IMG/VR virus record: IMGVR_UViG_3300044610_000678
Coordinates: 1 to 52,903 of that record
From: a virus
Lineage: Duplodnaviria; Caudoviricetes
Strand: one strand, 5' to 3'
Length of the DNA stretch: 52,903 nucleotides
Shown: positions 19,929-28,844 of the stretch, piece after piece
How the letters are laid out: every line of letters starts with the position of its first letter
Numbering within the stretch: position 1 is the first letter of the stretch
Position numbers and translations under genes: made by a program
Notes under the pieces: generated by a model
What the model was told of the DNA's origin: nothing
Seen by the model: the letters and a program-made list of their open reading frames with translations, nothing else
Databases searched by the model: none

Positions 19929-20474
19929 ATGGCACTTTTTTCACAGTTTCCTTTTGGTGGGGCGGCAAGCGTTGCTCTTGCGCCTGTAGATCTTGCCGCC
20001 GCCGCACAATCGAGCCTCTGGGCCAGCGTTCGGGATATCAACGACTTCCTTTGGCTCTATTGGTACTTCGGTGCCGGAGCGGCTGCCGAGCACGCCACCG
20101 TCACGTTGCAGCAAGCAAAGACAGCTTCCGGTGGTAGCGCCAAGGCATTGAGCGTCCGCGAAGTATGGTTCAAACGCGGTAATGCAGCATTCACCGCAGC
20201 CAACGCATCGACGACCGATCTATGGTCGAAGTCAGCACTTGCCAATAGGGAAGCACCTATTGCAAGCTACGCAACGGCCACCGATCGAGTCTCGGCAGCG
20301 AATCACTTCGTGGCCGCCCTACGGATCTCAAAGACCGACTTAGATGGAACAAACGGATTTAGCTACGTCGGGGCCTCATGCAATGACGTTGGATCAACCC
20401 CCCAACTTAGCTTTGCCCTTTGGATCCCCGAAGGTCTTGCCTACCTCAATAGTCCGATCAGTCTTTTGTCGTAA
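19929..20474 (+). CDS. Probable head decoration or minor capsid protein
   Basis: Ala-rich 181-aa ORF directly after the major capsid gene; assignment is positional. Confidence 0.55.
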   Translation: MALFSQFPFGGAASVALAPVDLAAAAQSSLWASVRDINDFLWLYWYFGAGAAAEHATVTLQQAKTASGGSAKALSVREVWFKRGNAAFTAANASTTDLWSKSALANREAPIASYATATDRVSAANHFVAALRISKTDLDGTNGFSYVGASCNDVGSTPQLSFALWIPEGLAYLNSPISLLS

Positions 20475-20521
20475 TCGCATTAGGGCTGGGCAGACCCAAC
20501 GGAGTTTACAAGGAGTGGAAG

Positions 20522-21238
20522 ATGGAAGAGCTCGTGTATGTGATTGCAGGAAGTCAGCATGTAGAACCCCTCAAGGGGAAGTACCGATTGGATTTCCTGC
20601 TCGACCGCTGTACCAAAATCGCTGCCCAGTGCTCCGCTTACGAGAATCCCTTCGGTGTTGTGGCAGTGTTCCTAGGTCGCTACGGCAATGGAATTTTGAC
20701 GTACTCCGAAGAATCCATCGAGATGTTTGTTCGGCTTAGCGCCGAGGAGCTTTTAAGCCAAGCATACTGTGAGTATGTCGGTGAAGTCGAACAAGCCATC
20801 AGCCGATACCAGGCCGAGAAAACGCAGCGAAGACTATCTGTAATTCCTTCGTCACAAGATGCGGAACCTCTAGGGCCTCAAGCACAAGCACAAGCACAAC
20901 CTTTAGCTCCAGCTCCAACTCAGGCAGTAGCGGCGGTGCCAACGTCATCAGCAAATAGCACTGAGGACCTGCCCGACCCAGATCCCCTCAGTTCGGTTGC
21001 CACTGCATCGCTGGCGGTCTCCTCGGCACTTCGCAAATCGTTGATTGCCGCTGGACTCTCAAGCGCCAAAGAAGTGCTCGATTTCCACATCGCCAAGGGA
21101 CTCGCATCGCTCGATGGAATTGGAACCACAAGCGAGCAGTACATCCTCGATGCTATCGCGAGTCTGACGGATCAGCAGGCAAGCAACCCTACACCCTTGG
21201 TCTCAGGCGATTTAGGTCAAGCGACTCAAGAGGTCTAA
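20522..21238 (+). CDS. Hypothetical protein with a C-terminal HhH / RNAP alpha-CTD-like domain
   Basis: A Pro/Ala/Gln linker precedes LAVSSALRKSLIAAGL...LASLDGIGTTSEQYI. Confidence 0.6.
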   Translation: MEELVYVIAGSQHVEPLKGKYRLDFLLDRCTKIAAQCSAYENPFGVVAVFLGRYGNGILTYSEESIEMFVRLSAEELLSQAYCEYVGEVEQAISRYQAEKTQRRLSVIPSSQDAEPLGPQAQAQAQPLAPAPTQAVAAVPTSSANSTEDLPDPDPLSSVATASLAVSSALRKSLIAAGLSSAKEVLDFHIAKGLASLDGIGTTSEQYILDAIASLTDQQASNPTPLVSGDLGQATQEV

Positions 21239-21239
21239 G

Positions 21240-22067
21240 ATGGCGGCTGTACGACTGGATCGCTTCAGGCTCATTTCAGGCCTGAGCGAATCGCAGCTAC
21301 CTTCGGATTTAGCCTTGCTTGCCCTTCGCAGCGCAAGTGTTCTTGCCAATCGGTTTTGCGGTCGACACTTTGGAGATGTCGTCGAATCGATCAGCGCCTC
21401 TGGGAGCAATGCTACGATCTTAATTCCGGGCCACGGATTTGATCCTTCGGGAACCATGTTGCTCTTAGGGACACAGAACCCAGGACTTACTGGAGAGGTT
21501 GCCTATCAGGTGGTCGATGAGAGCACGCTCAGTGTTGCAGGGGTCACGACCACTCAGCCAATCACCAAAGGATTCGCAGCCAAGAGAATTGTCTCAAAGT
21601 CACGGGTGATGGATATGATCGCCACAATTGCCCCAAGCCCAGTTGCGATGGTCAAAGAGGTGCGCATGCGAAGCGTGGGCCAAGACGATGGGCCATTCCC
21701 TTCAAGCTCTGCGCTGGTGAGTTCCGAATGGTTTTGTGACACACGCGAGCCTAGTCTTTCGGGAGAGCTCGAGGTGTACCGCAACGTCTTGGTTCGCAAA
21801 CGTGTGCCAGGCATGATTCAGCCCGTGGTTCAAAGGTCTCTAAAAGAAATCGAAGTGACCTACTACGCCGGGTTCATCCGAGGCATCCCGGAGGATCTGC
21901 AGACGGCGATTTGCTCGATTGCCAAAGAATTGGCAACCGACTCCTCGGGCCACTTCGCACAGGAATCCTACGAGGACTACAGTTACCAGCGGATGGATCC
22001 GGAACTACTTCGCAGACTTCCTGCTTCCGCCCTAAGTACGTTGGCAAGGTACCAAGTTCCCTACTAG
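21240..22067 (+). CDS. Head-tail connector (gp6-like) with an inserted beta-rich domain
   Basis: Has ANRFCGRHF, IEVTYYAGF..IPEDLQTA, QESYEDYSY and TLARY. Confidence 0.75.
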   Translation: MAAVRLDRFRLISGLSESQLPSDLALLALRSASVLANRFCGRHFGDVVESISASGSNATILIPGHGFDPSGTMLLLGTQNPGLTGEVAYQVVDESTLSVAGVTTTQPITKGFAAKRIVSKSRVMDMIATIAPSPVAMVKEVRMRSVGQDDGPFPSSSALVSSEWFCDTREPSLSGELEVYRNVLVRKRVPGMIQPVVQRSLKEIEVTYYAGFIRGIPEDLQTAICSIAKELATDSSGHFAQESYEDYSYQRMDPELLRRLPASALSTLARYQVPY

Positions 22068-22106
22068 GTCCAACTTCATCGGGGATCCTAAAGAGCAAGT
22101 ATAGGT

Positions 22107-22484
22107 GTGGGTGGGCAAGTGATTGGTCGCATATTTTTGCTTGGTCGTCCCAAGATCCTCCCAGGCAAGATCCAGGCGGTGATCTACCGAACGAGCATCG
22201 AGGGGGGCATTACGGCTACCTCCGTGATTCCTGCGATCGGCTACAAGGGCCAAAGCGCTGGCGAATCCCCCAGTGAGTTTGGGCCAAGGCGAGTCGAAAG
22301 ATCGCAAGTATCACTCTATGCGGCTTACCTAGGCAGTTGGCAAGTCTGCGAAAACGATGTCCTTTGCATTTCTGGGGAGGGAATCACGGGGAGTCTTTGG
22401 GTTCGAATCGAGTCGTTCGATACCAAGCTCATGGGTACACGCTTTGAGTGCCAATGTGTCCCCATACTTCCGTTATCACCATGA
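22107..22484 (+). CDS. Probable head closure / head-tail adaptor protein
   Basis: 125-aa beta-rich ORF between the connector and the tail completion gene. Confidence 0.5.
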   Translation: MGGQVIGRIFLLGRPKILPGKIQAVIYRTSIEGGITATSVIPAIGYKGQSAGESPSEFGPRRVERSQVSLYAAYLGSWQVCENDVLCISGEGITGSLWVRIESFDTKLMGTRFECQCVPILPLSP

Positions 22485-22954
22485 GTATCTCGGCAAGTGA
22501 GTTTGCAAAAAGACTCAGGCAGTTATCTCAATTGCCACTTGTGCAAGGTGAGCAAGCGTTGCTTGAGACATCTCAGGAAGTCTCAAAGATTATCGCTGGC
22601 AACTTCGCTCGAAAGGAAGACTCCCAGGGTAGGCCTTGGCCGAAGCACTCGGCCCTTACTATCCAGCTACATGGAGTTCATGAGCTACTTGTTTTAAGTG
22701 GCAGGCTTCGTCGGGCAGCAAGTGGTGGGGCAGGTTCCCTGCGACGACTTGTTAGGTCCAGTGGGAAAGGAATCCTGCAGCTTGGAATCTCCAAAAGCTC
22801 TGTCCCCTATTTCGCCGCGCATCAGTACGGACAAGGGCGCATTCCTCGGCGGGAGTTTTTCTACTTGCCCAAGAGACAAAGGACTGTGGTAGTTGAGACA
22901 CTCAGGCAACGAATCAAACATCAAGCCCGAAAGAAACTCCAATGGCGATCCTAA
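22481..22954 (+). CDS. Phage virion morphogenesis / tail completion protein (Mu gpG, P2 gpS-like)
   Basis: Has GRPWPKHS, LVLSGRLRR and YFAAHQYG..RIPRREF; ATGA overlap at 22481. Confidence 0.8.
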   Translation: MSISASEFAKRLRQLSQLPLVQGEQALLETSQEVSKIIAGNFARKEDSQGRPWPKHSALTIQLHGVHELLVLSGRLRRAASGGAGSLRRLVRSSGKGILQLGISKSSVPYFAAHQYGQGRIPRREFFYLPKRQRTVVVETLRQRIKHQARKKLQWRS

Positions 22955-23670
22955 CCTTCAGCGACAATCGCAACGGCACCGGGGGTGTTTTCCAAATCAC
23001 CGGATCCGCAGGAAGCAGCAACACCCTTTGGGTATCTCAGTTCCACGGGAGCAACAGTTCAAGGATCTTTACAGCAGCAGGCAACGGCCTCTCGGATGGC
23101 TCGCTAAACTGGTCTGCAAGTGTGGGGTGTTACATCGCCCACGTGGCAAGTCTCTTAGGCAATCAGCTAAGCCTAAGTGCCCCGATTTGTTTTCGCGTTA
23201 CCAATGGTTCGCTTTCTCTCTACGAGCAGGTTCTCCTGGCCGTACGAGAGCATATCCTCTCGCTTGCCTTACCGCTGGTTGCAAGCGATCCTGCAAAGCA
23301 TGTGATTTGCAAGATGGGAACCAAGCTTCAAGAACTTCTGCGACAGTCTAGCGACTGCGTCTATTACATCCCCACCGCAGAATCCTTCTCTGGGGCAGAC
23401 AATGCGTATGTGACGGTCGCCTTACCGGTGAACGTCATCTTTTACACTCGCACAGGAAGCTCCGTGCGAGAAGGGCTCACCGAATTGCTCATCGCCCGAG
23501 AAGACGCCAATTTAAGTTTTGCAGCAAGTCCGCTGGCAGATCTTCCGCAAATCCATAGCGTCGAGTGCAAACCCGGTGTGGTGACCGACCCGGGGCAATG
23601 GGCTCTGGGATATGACGTATCGGTCTTGCAGTTTATCGCTTACTCCGAGCAGATCGACGGAATTCTGTAA
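22942..23670 (+). CDS. Probable tail terminator or neck protein
   Basis: Lies immediately before the tail tube gene and overlaps the previous gene. Confidence 0.5.
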   Translation: MAILTFSDNRNGTGGVFQITGSAGSSNTLWVSQFHGSNSSRIFTAAGNGLSDGSLNWSASVGCYIAHVASLLGNQLSLSAPICFRVTNGSLSLYEQVLLAVREHILSLALPLVASDPAKHVICKMGTKLQELLRQSSDCVYYIPTAESFSGADNAYVTVALPVNVIFYTRTGSSVREGLTELLIAREDANLSFAASPLADLPQIHSVECKPGVVTDPGQWALGYDVSVLQFIAYSEQIDGIL

Positions 23671-23709
23671 GTAGGTTGAGTAGGGGAGGGGGAACCGCAG
23701 CGTTTGAAG

Positions 23710-23740
23710 CCTGCGAGAGCACTCTGCAGGATTCTTTTTT
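23710..23740 (+). terminator. Possible weak intrinsic terminator or attenuator hairpin
   Basis: CCTGC(g)AGA-loop-TCTGCAGG followed by ATTCTTTTTT in the gap before the tail tube gene. Confidence 0.3.
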
Positions 23741-23769
23741 GAAATCTCAACGGCTCCAGGAGAAAGAGC

Positions 23770-24699
23770 ATGCCTGCAAACAACTGCACAGCCAACGTTA
23801 GCCGAAGACATAGGTTTGCGTTCTCAAGCAGTGGGGCAACGGTTCTTTCAAACCGAATCGCACCGCTTGGCTTCTCGATGAAGTCCCTTACCAGTTATGC
23901 CAAAGACGAGGGAATGAACTCGGGTCCATGGGTTCGAAACGAAGGATTCGTGATCGATAAAACCGCTGTGGCTGGAAGTGTTTCTTGGAACGTTCGGCCT
24001 GCAGAGATGCGATGGGCACTCCCTTTGATCCTCGGAGGAGCATTCACCGCAGATACGATCAAAGCTCAGCCCCAATGTCCATTCTTCAGGATCGGCCATC
24101 TCGATGAAGTTGTAAGCAGGCTCTACACCTACATCGATTGCTCGGTTGGAAAGGCGACTTTTTCGTCGAACGATGCCGCCGGTGGGATGCTCCAAGTGGC
24201 ATTGGATATCGAGGCCTGCCAATCAACCCAAGGCCTTGCAAGCACATGGCCTGCAGGCCTTACCCTTTCTTCCCAACAACCTCTCGTCCACTCGACTTCA
24301 ACACTTACGCTCAACGGTATTGCTCGCCGCATGAAGGACGTCCAGGTTGTTATCGACAACCAGCTTATCACCGACGGATACTTCAACAGTCGCTATCGAG
24401 GCGACAACCCCTCGGACGGTCAATTGATCCAACTGATTCACACCAGTCCTTTTGATGATGCGGATGATCTTGCTTTGACGAATCTCACCGGTTCGGTCTC
24501 CGCGACGCTTGTCTACACCGCTGGAACAACCAGCCTCACGTTTCAGTTTCCAGCCTTGCGATACATCGCCCCAGAACCTGAAATCTCAGGCAGAGGATCC
24601 AGAGTAACCAACCAGTACACATGGGAGGCAGCATTGGCCACTGGGGCCGACCCTTCGACCGATTCCCCACTGACAATCACCCTCGATGATGTGATTTAG
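23770..24699 (+). CDS. Major tail tube protein
   Basis: 309-aa beta-rich protein (IDCSVGKATFS, VQVVIDNQL, LTFQFPAL) upstream of the chaperone and tape measure genes. Confidence 0.78.
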   Translation: MPANNCTANVSRRHRFAFSSSGATVLSNRIAPLGFSMKSLTSYAKDEGMNSGPWVRNEGFVIDKTAVAGSVSWNVRPAEMRWALPLILGGAFTADTIKAQPQCPFFRIGHLDEVVSRLYTYIDCSVGKATFSSNDAAGGMLQVALDIEACQSTQGLASTWPAGLTLSSQQPLVHSTSTLTLNGIARRMKDVQVVIDNQLITDGYFNSRYRGDNPSDGQLIQLIHTSPFDDADDLALTNLTGSVSATLVYTAGTTSLTFQFPALRYIAPEPEISGRGSRVTNQYTWEAALATGADPSTDSPLTITLDDVI

Positions 24700-24702
24700 A
24701 GC

Positions 24703-24918
24703 ATGAAAAAATCGATTTGCTTCCAAGGCCAAGAACGAACTACAGAGCAACTCAAACAGGCTCTTGAGCTTGCTGGGGGAATACTTCAATCCCTGGGTGA
24801 TGGAAAAACAGAGTTTACTATCGAGTACTCCAAAGCCGACGGAGCATCGATCCTTACGCTTCAAACACTCCCTCGCGATTCGGCCAAAAAGCCCAAACCA
24901 GCAACTAGCCAAAGTTAG
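24703..24918 (+). CDS. Small hypothetical protein
   Basis: 71-aa ORF filling the gap in the tail operon. Confidence 0.5.
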   Translation: MKKSICFQGQERTTEQLKQALELAGGILQSLGDGKTEFTIEYSKADGASILTLQTLPRDSAKKPKPATSQS

Positions 24919-24954
24919 ATTGCCGCAGCCAAACCCATCAAAGATTACCCAACC

Positions 24955-25446
24955 ATGACCAAGACTCCATCAAGTACAAACTCCCAAGACCAGCTACTGG
25001 ACTATTTTCCAGAAGAAGACGGGTACACCCTTGCGGCCTACATCGCAGAGGCTCCCAGGCTGCACAACGCGGTAAGGTTTCGTTTCCGACCCGTGGATCT
25101 GATCGAACGATCGATACTGCTTGCCTTCAAGGATCGCAACTACGAGAAAGCCATCACCGAGAAGTTCTGCGAGCTTCTTTCGCAAAGGATCACGGAATGG
25201 TCGCTGACAGAACGTACCGGGGAAACGTCTTTGCCGATGGCAGTGACTGCCGCGAAGATCCGGCGGCTAAGGCCAACACTCTGGACACGGCTAGTGAACA
25301 TAGTCATCTGGGGGGTCGATGGTGGGGACGCAGATCCAGGGCTCTCGATCGACAAGCTCTCCGATCGGCTTGATGCCGATATGGAAGCGCTCCTTGCAAA
25401 TCGTCCCGTGATCGACCAGCAAATTGAGGACCTAAGAAAAAACTAG
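24955..25446 (+). CDS. Tail assembly chaperone (lambda G-like)
   Basis: Lies between the tail tube and tape measure genes and ends in AGA AAA AAC TAG. Confidence 0.82.
   Translation: MTKTPSSTNSQDQLLDYFPEEDGYTLAAYIAEAPRLHNAVRFRFRPVDLIERSILLAFKDRNYEKAITEKFCELLSQRITEWSLTERTGETSLPMAVTAAKIRRLRPTLWTRLVNIVIWGVDGGDADPGLSIDKLSDRLDADMEALLANRPVIDQQIEDLRKN
25437..25443 (+). other. Programmed -1 ribosomal frameshift heptamer A AAA AAC
   Basis: X XXY YYZ motif in the correct phase immediately before the stop; the -1 frame stays open to 25847. Confidence 0.88.
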
Positions 25447-25847
25447 AGGAAGGGTTACTTTTTGAGATTCTCTATCCGAGGGTAGCCCAAATCGACTGCG
25501 AAGATTGCAAAAAGTTTTCTTACAACCTTCGAACCGGTCTTCGCAACACCTATGAAGTTCAAGACGGGGAAATGCTACCGGTTCTTCGAACTGGCCCTCC
25601 ACCGTGCGAATCGTGTCCCAAACGAAGCCCCCAGCGAGCAAAGCAACTCAAGCTCCGAGAGGAAAACCGTTTGATGATCGACTTCTACCAGCGTTATCAA
25701 TCCTCGAAGCTTTCAGGATCCAAGTTGCTTGGGTGTCCGATAACTCAGCGAAACTTAAGGCTCATCGACCAAACGCTCGAAATCGCCAAGTCCAAGCTTG
25801 CTAAGCGAGCCACGCGCAGGGCCAAACGGAGAGTCGCTCGTGGATAA
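25443..25847 (+). CDS. Frameshift extension of the tail chaperone (GT-like)
   Basis: The -1 frame reads LEEGLLFEILYPRVAQIDCEDCKK...MLPVLRTGPPPCESCPK and is continuous with listed ORF 25572..25847. Confidence 0.82.
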   Translation, partial: LEEGLLFEILYPRVAQIDCEDCKKFSYNLRTGLRNTYEVQDGEMLPVLRTGPPPCESCPKRSPQRAKQLKLREENRLMIDFYQRYQSSKLSGSKLLGCPITQRNLRLIDQTLEIAKSKLAKRATRRAKRRVARG

Positions 25848-28647
25848 TGCCAATGAAGAGGTAATGTTTCAAATCGGGGTGATGGAGCACCCTCAAACCG
25901 CAAGCAGACTCAAAGCCCTTGCTGATTCCGTCGAGCGATACCAGCAATCGATGAGCGCATCGGTTGAAATGATCGGAAAATCGGCTGGGGCAGTGAAGGA
26001 CTCCCTTTCTAGCTTGACCGAGCAGATCAAAGTCTACCGCTCAGAAACCCTCGCAGCGGCTTCTGAAATCCGATCTGCAATGTCCCAGATCGAGGCCGTT
26101 GCAGCCAAACGTGCTAGCAACACCGTTGGCCCATCAGTCGCTTCGGTTGGCTCTGGTCCTACTAGGACATCATCAAGAGGAGCGTTAGGCCCAGGGGCGA
26201 TATCCGCCCCGGATGTTGGCTCGATGTTTTCGGAGGTTTCTCAAGGGGCAGTGGATGCAGAAACAAAGGTTCAGTCCCTGCGAGAAAGGATCGAGGCTCC
26301 ACTGCGCTTTGGCGATGGACTCGACGAAGAAATGACACAGGTCTTGGAGGATCTTGTTGACATCGCACATCAAGAAGCACTGAAGATCCAATCGGCAATC
26401 GACCATGCGACCAGCGGCGGAGTCGATTCCGTGCAAGAAGATTCTCAAAGGCTTCGGCAAGAGTATGCAAACACGATGCTTGCCAGCTCGGAAGCCTACT
26501 CGGAAATGGCTCGGGATGTGACCGCCTACGCAGCCAAGCACGGTAGCGTTTCAGAAAAAATCATCGCCAATGTAGCTTCCGCTGAAAAGGCTCTGCACAC
26601 CCACCGCGATGCCCAAAGAGATGCAGCAGAGGCGATCGACAAAGCCACAGTCAAAGGGCTCCGCTCGGTGGTTCTTGGTGCCAAGGGGATTGCCGAGCTT
26701 GGTCTGATGAGCGAGCAAAGCGCTCAGAAGTTTATGCAGAGCATGGCGGTCATCCAAGGGGCTTTCGATATCTTCGAAGGCGGTGCCGAATTGCTCGAAG
26801 CTTTCAGTGATGGTTGGAAGGCCGTTCGAAAAGCCTCCGACGCTGCGGCCTCCGCCCAAAAACTCCAGTCAGCCATGCAAAGCGCCCAGTTCGCTCAATT
26901 TAGAGCCTACCACGCGCTACTTGCCCAGGAGACTCTGGCGGCCAACTCCGCTGCGGCTGCCAATGCACGCCTTGCTGCATCCAGGAGCGCTCCGTTATCG
27001 AGTCTTGCTCAAGCCGTCGTGCCCGGAGCTGCTCGAGGGGCAGCACTCTCGGCAGGTTCTGCTGCTGCGGGTTCGGCAGCAAGTTCGGCAATCGCAGGAG
27101 GAGCTGCGGCGGGAGGTGCCGGCGCGGCGGCCTCAGGATTTGTTGCAACGGGTGTCGCTGGTGTGGTCACGACGCTAGCGGCGGTTGCCGCAGCAGCCGG
27201 GGCATTGGCTCTGGTGTTGTATGAAATCGGTGAAATTGCCACGGGATATGCCGATAAACAAAAGTCAGTGACTAACACGATTGCAAGCACGGAAGTCTCT
27301 ATCGCCGCAGGTGCCCTAAGGCTTACAGGTGCTTTCGAAAAATCCGATAGCGTCGCTCTACGGTGGGCTCAATCGTTTTCTTCGGCAGTGGACGTTGCGG
27401 CAAGCTCAGTACCGGTATTTGGACAGCTCATCTCCAAGGTAAATCTCTTGGGGGATGTTGCAGCGCTTGCTGCGAGCCAAGCTGGCGTCGAGAGGGCTGA
27501 AAAGCGACTTGCCAGGGATCGAATCGTTAACCAAGCCAACTTCGATCGCAAGGATGCAATATCCTCGGCGACGCGAGAAAAACAGATGGCTGATTTTCAG
27601 CTCTTTGCCAGTGAGTCCAGGGATGCATTCTCGGACTCTGGCCAAAGTGCTCGAGTGCTTGCGGCCCAGGCGACTCAAGAAGAGCAAGCACGCCTCGTTG
27701 CTTCCCTGAGTCTTGCGCGTAGTAACAGAACTCTCGATGAGTATCGCATGGGCGGAAACGTGGATCCAAATCAGCTTGCCGATGCAAAGCAAAGCGCTAG
27801 GGATTCTAGCCAAGAGCTAATTTTTTCGGCTAGGAGGCAGCAATCGATCGCAGGAGCAAAAGGAGATGGGCGGCTAAGCGCTGAGAAAGAAATCGAACTG
27901 CGAGCAACCGCCGAGCTAGTTAAGCAGCAAACACTCCTTTCGCAGATGAAACAGGGGCTAGTCGGAACCGAGCAGGAACTCTTGGCTGCAGAGCAAGCCA
28001 AAAAGTATTGGACCGATCAAGTAACAGAGTCACTGGGGCGACAACGTCAGATCCAAAACGAGTCTGCCACCGAGCGATTGGCAGCCGAGAAAGGCATCCA
28101 AGACGTTCTGAGAAATCAGATCGATTCCCAGACCGCTAGCATCCAGGCCCTTCGAGACCAGTACCGAAGTGCTGCCTCGAATTTTTCAAAGCTAGGTGAC
28201 ATTGAAAAGGATTTTGCCAAGCAGGCCATCGAGCAAGCGAGAGCCAAAGGAGCATCGAGTCTAACCGACCAGCAGCGGGACCTACTAAGGCAGGTGGGAA
28301 CTTCCGAAGCCAATCGATTTGCCGAGCAGGCCGACCAGGCCGAAGCGAAGCGTTTTGGGTTCGACCAAACCTTCGGTTCATCGATCGAGGCAGAGCGCAA
28401 AGGCCTCGAAACAACACGGGCCACCCTTGAGGCTGAGCTCAAAACCAGCTACGAGGTGGCTGTTACGATGCAGTTTGATACTGCTGGGATCGTCGGCCAA
28501 GTGACCGAACAGGTCGGGGTTTTGATGGCCCAAAACAACGAATCTCTCAAAGAGCAAATCGATCGGAAGTTGCAAGATAGGCTCGGGGAGATCCAGCAGA
28601 AGGCCAGCTTGGATCTGCGTGCCAAGAAGCAAGGTCAAAAGGGTTGA
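25840..28647 (+). CDS. Tail tape measure protein
   Basis: About 935 aa, Ala/Gln-rich and helical with a central hydrophobic Ala/Gly stretch; follows the chaperone pair. GTG 25840 follows GGAGAG. Confidence 0.85.
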   Translation: MDNANEEVMFQIGVMEHPQTASRLKALADSVERYQQSMSASVEMIGKSAGAVKDSLSSLTEQIKVYRSETLAAASEIRSAMSQIEAVAAKRASNTVGPSVASVGSGPTRTSSRGALGPGAISAPDVGSMFSEVSQGAVDAETKVQSLRERIEAPLRFGDGLDEEMTQVLEDLVDIAHQEALKIQSAIDHATSGGVDSVQEDSQRLRQEYANTMLASSEAYSEMARDVTAYAAKHGSVSEKIIANVASAEKALHTHRDAQRDAAEAIDKATVKGLRSVVLGAKGIAELGLMSEQSAQKFMQSMAVIQGAFDIFEGGAELLEAFSDGWKAVRKASDAAASAQKLQSAMQSAQFAQFRAYHALLAQETLAANSAAAANARLAASRSAPLSSLAQAVVPGAARGAALSAGSAAAGSAASSAIAGGAAAGGAGAAASGFVATGVAGVVTTLAAVAAAAGALALVLYEIGEIATGYADKQKSVTNTIASTEVSIAAGALRLTGAFEKSDSVALRWAQSFSSAVDVAASSVPVFGQLISKVNLLGDVAALAASQAGVERAEKRLARDRIVNQANFDRKDAISSATREKQMADFQLFASESRDAFSDSGQSARVLAAQATQEEQARLVASLSLARSNRTLDEYRMGGNVDPNQLADAKQSARDSSQELIFSARRQQSIAGAKGDGRLSAEKEIELRATAELVKQQTLLSQMKQGLVGTEQELLAAEQAKKYWTDQVTESLGRQRQIQNESATERLAAEKGIQDVLRNQIDSQTASIQALRDQYRSAASNFSKLGDIEKDFAKQAIEQARAKGASSLTDQQRDLLRQVGTSEANRFAEQADQAEAKRFGFDQTFGSSIEAERKGLETTRATLEAELKTSYEVAVTMQFDTAGIVGQVTEQVGVLMAQNNESLKEQIDRKLQDRLGEIQQKASLDLRAKKQGQKG

Positions 28648-28740
28648 TTCAAGACCTATTAGCAGGGCAAGAATACCGAGACTGATGAGTTTTTTGCCGA
28701 AGCTATATCAAGCCTAAGCGACCGCAGTTGCTAAAGCATG

Positions 28741-28749
28741 TGGTATAAT
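28741..28749 (+). promoter_or_regulatory. Extended -10 promoter TGnTATAAT
   Basis: TGGTATAAT about 95 nt upstream of the 28845 gene. Confidence 0.55.
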
Positions 28750-28844
28750 CCAGCCTTTTTCCGCAATCGCCCTACGTGTGACACAGACGATTCAGTCTGC
28801 GTCCTCGTGATCGAAGGCCAAGACTATACCCCTGAGGTGCATGT

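Noticed and set aside
27000-27240. Ala/Gly low-complexity stretch
   Set aside because: This is an ordinary hydrophobic segment of a tape measure protein.
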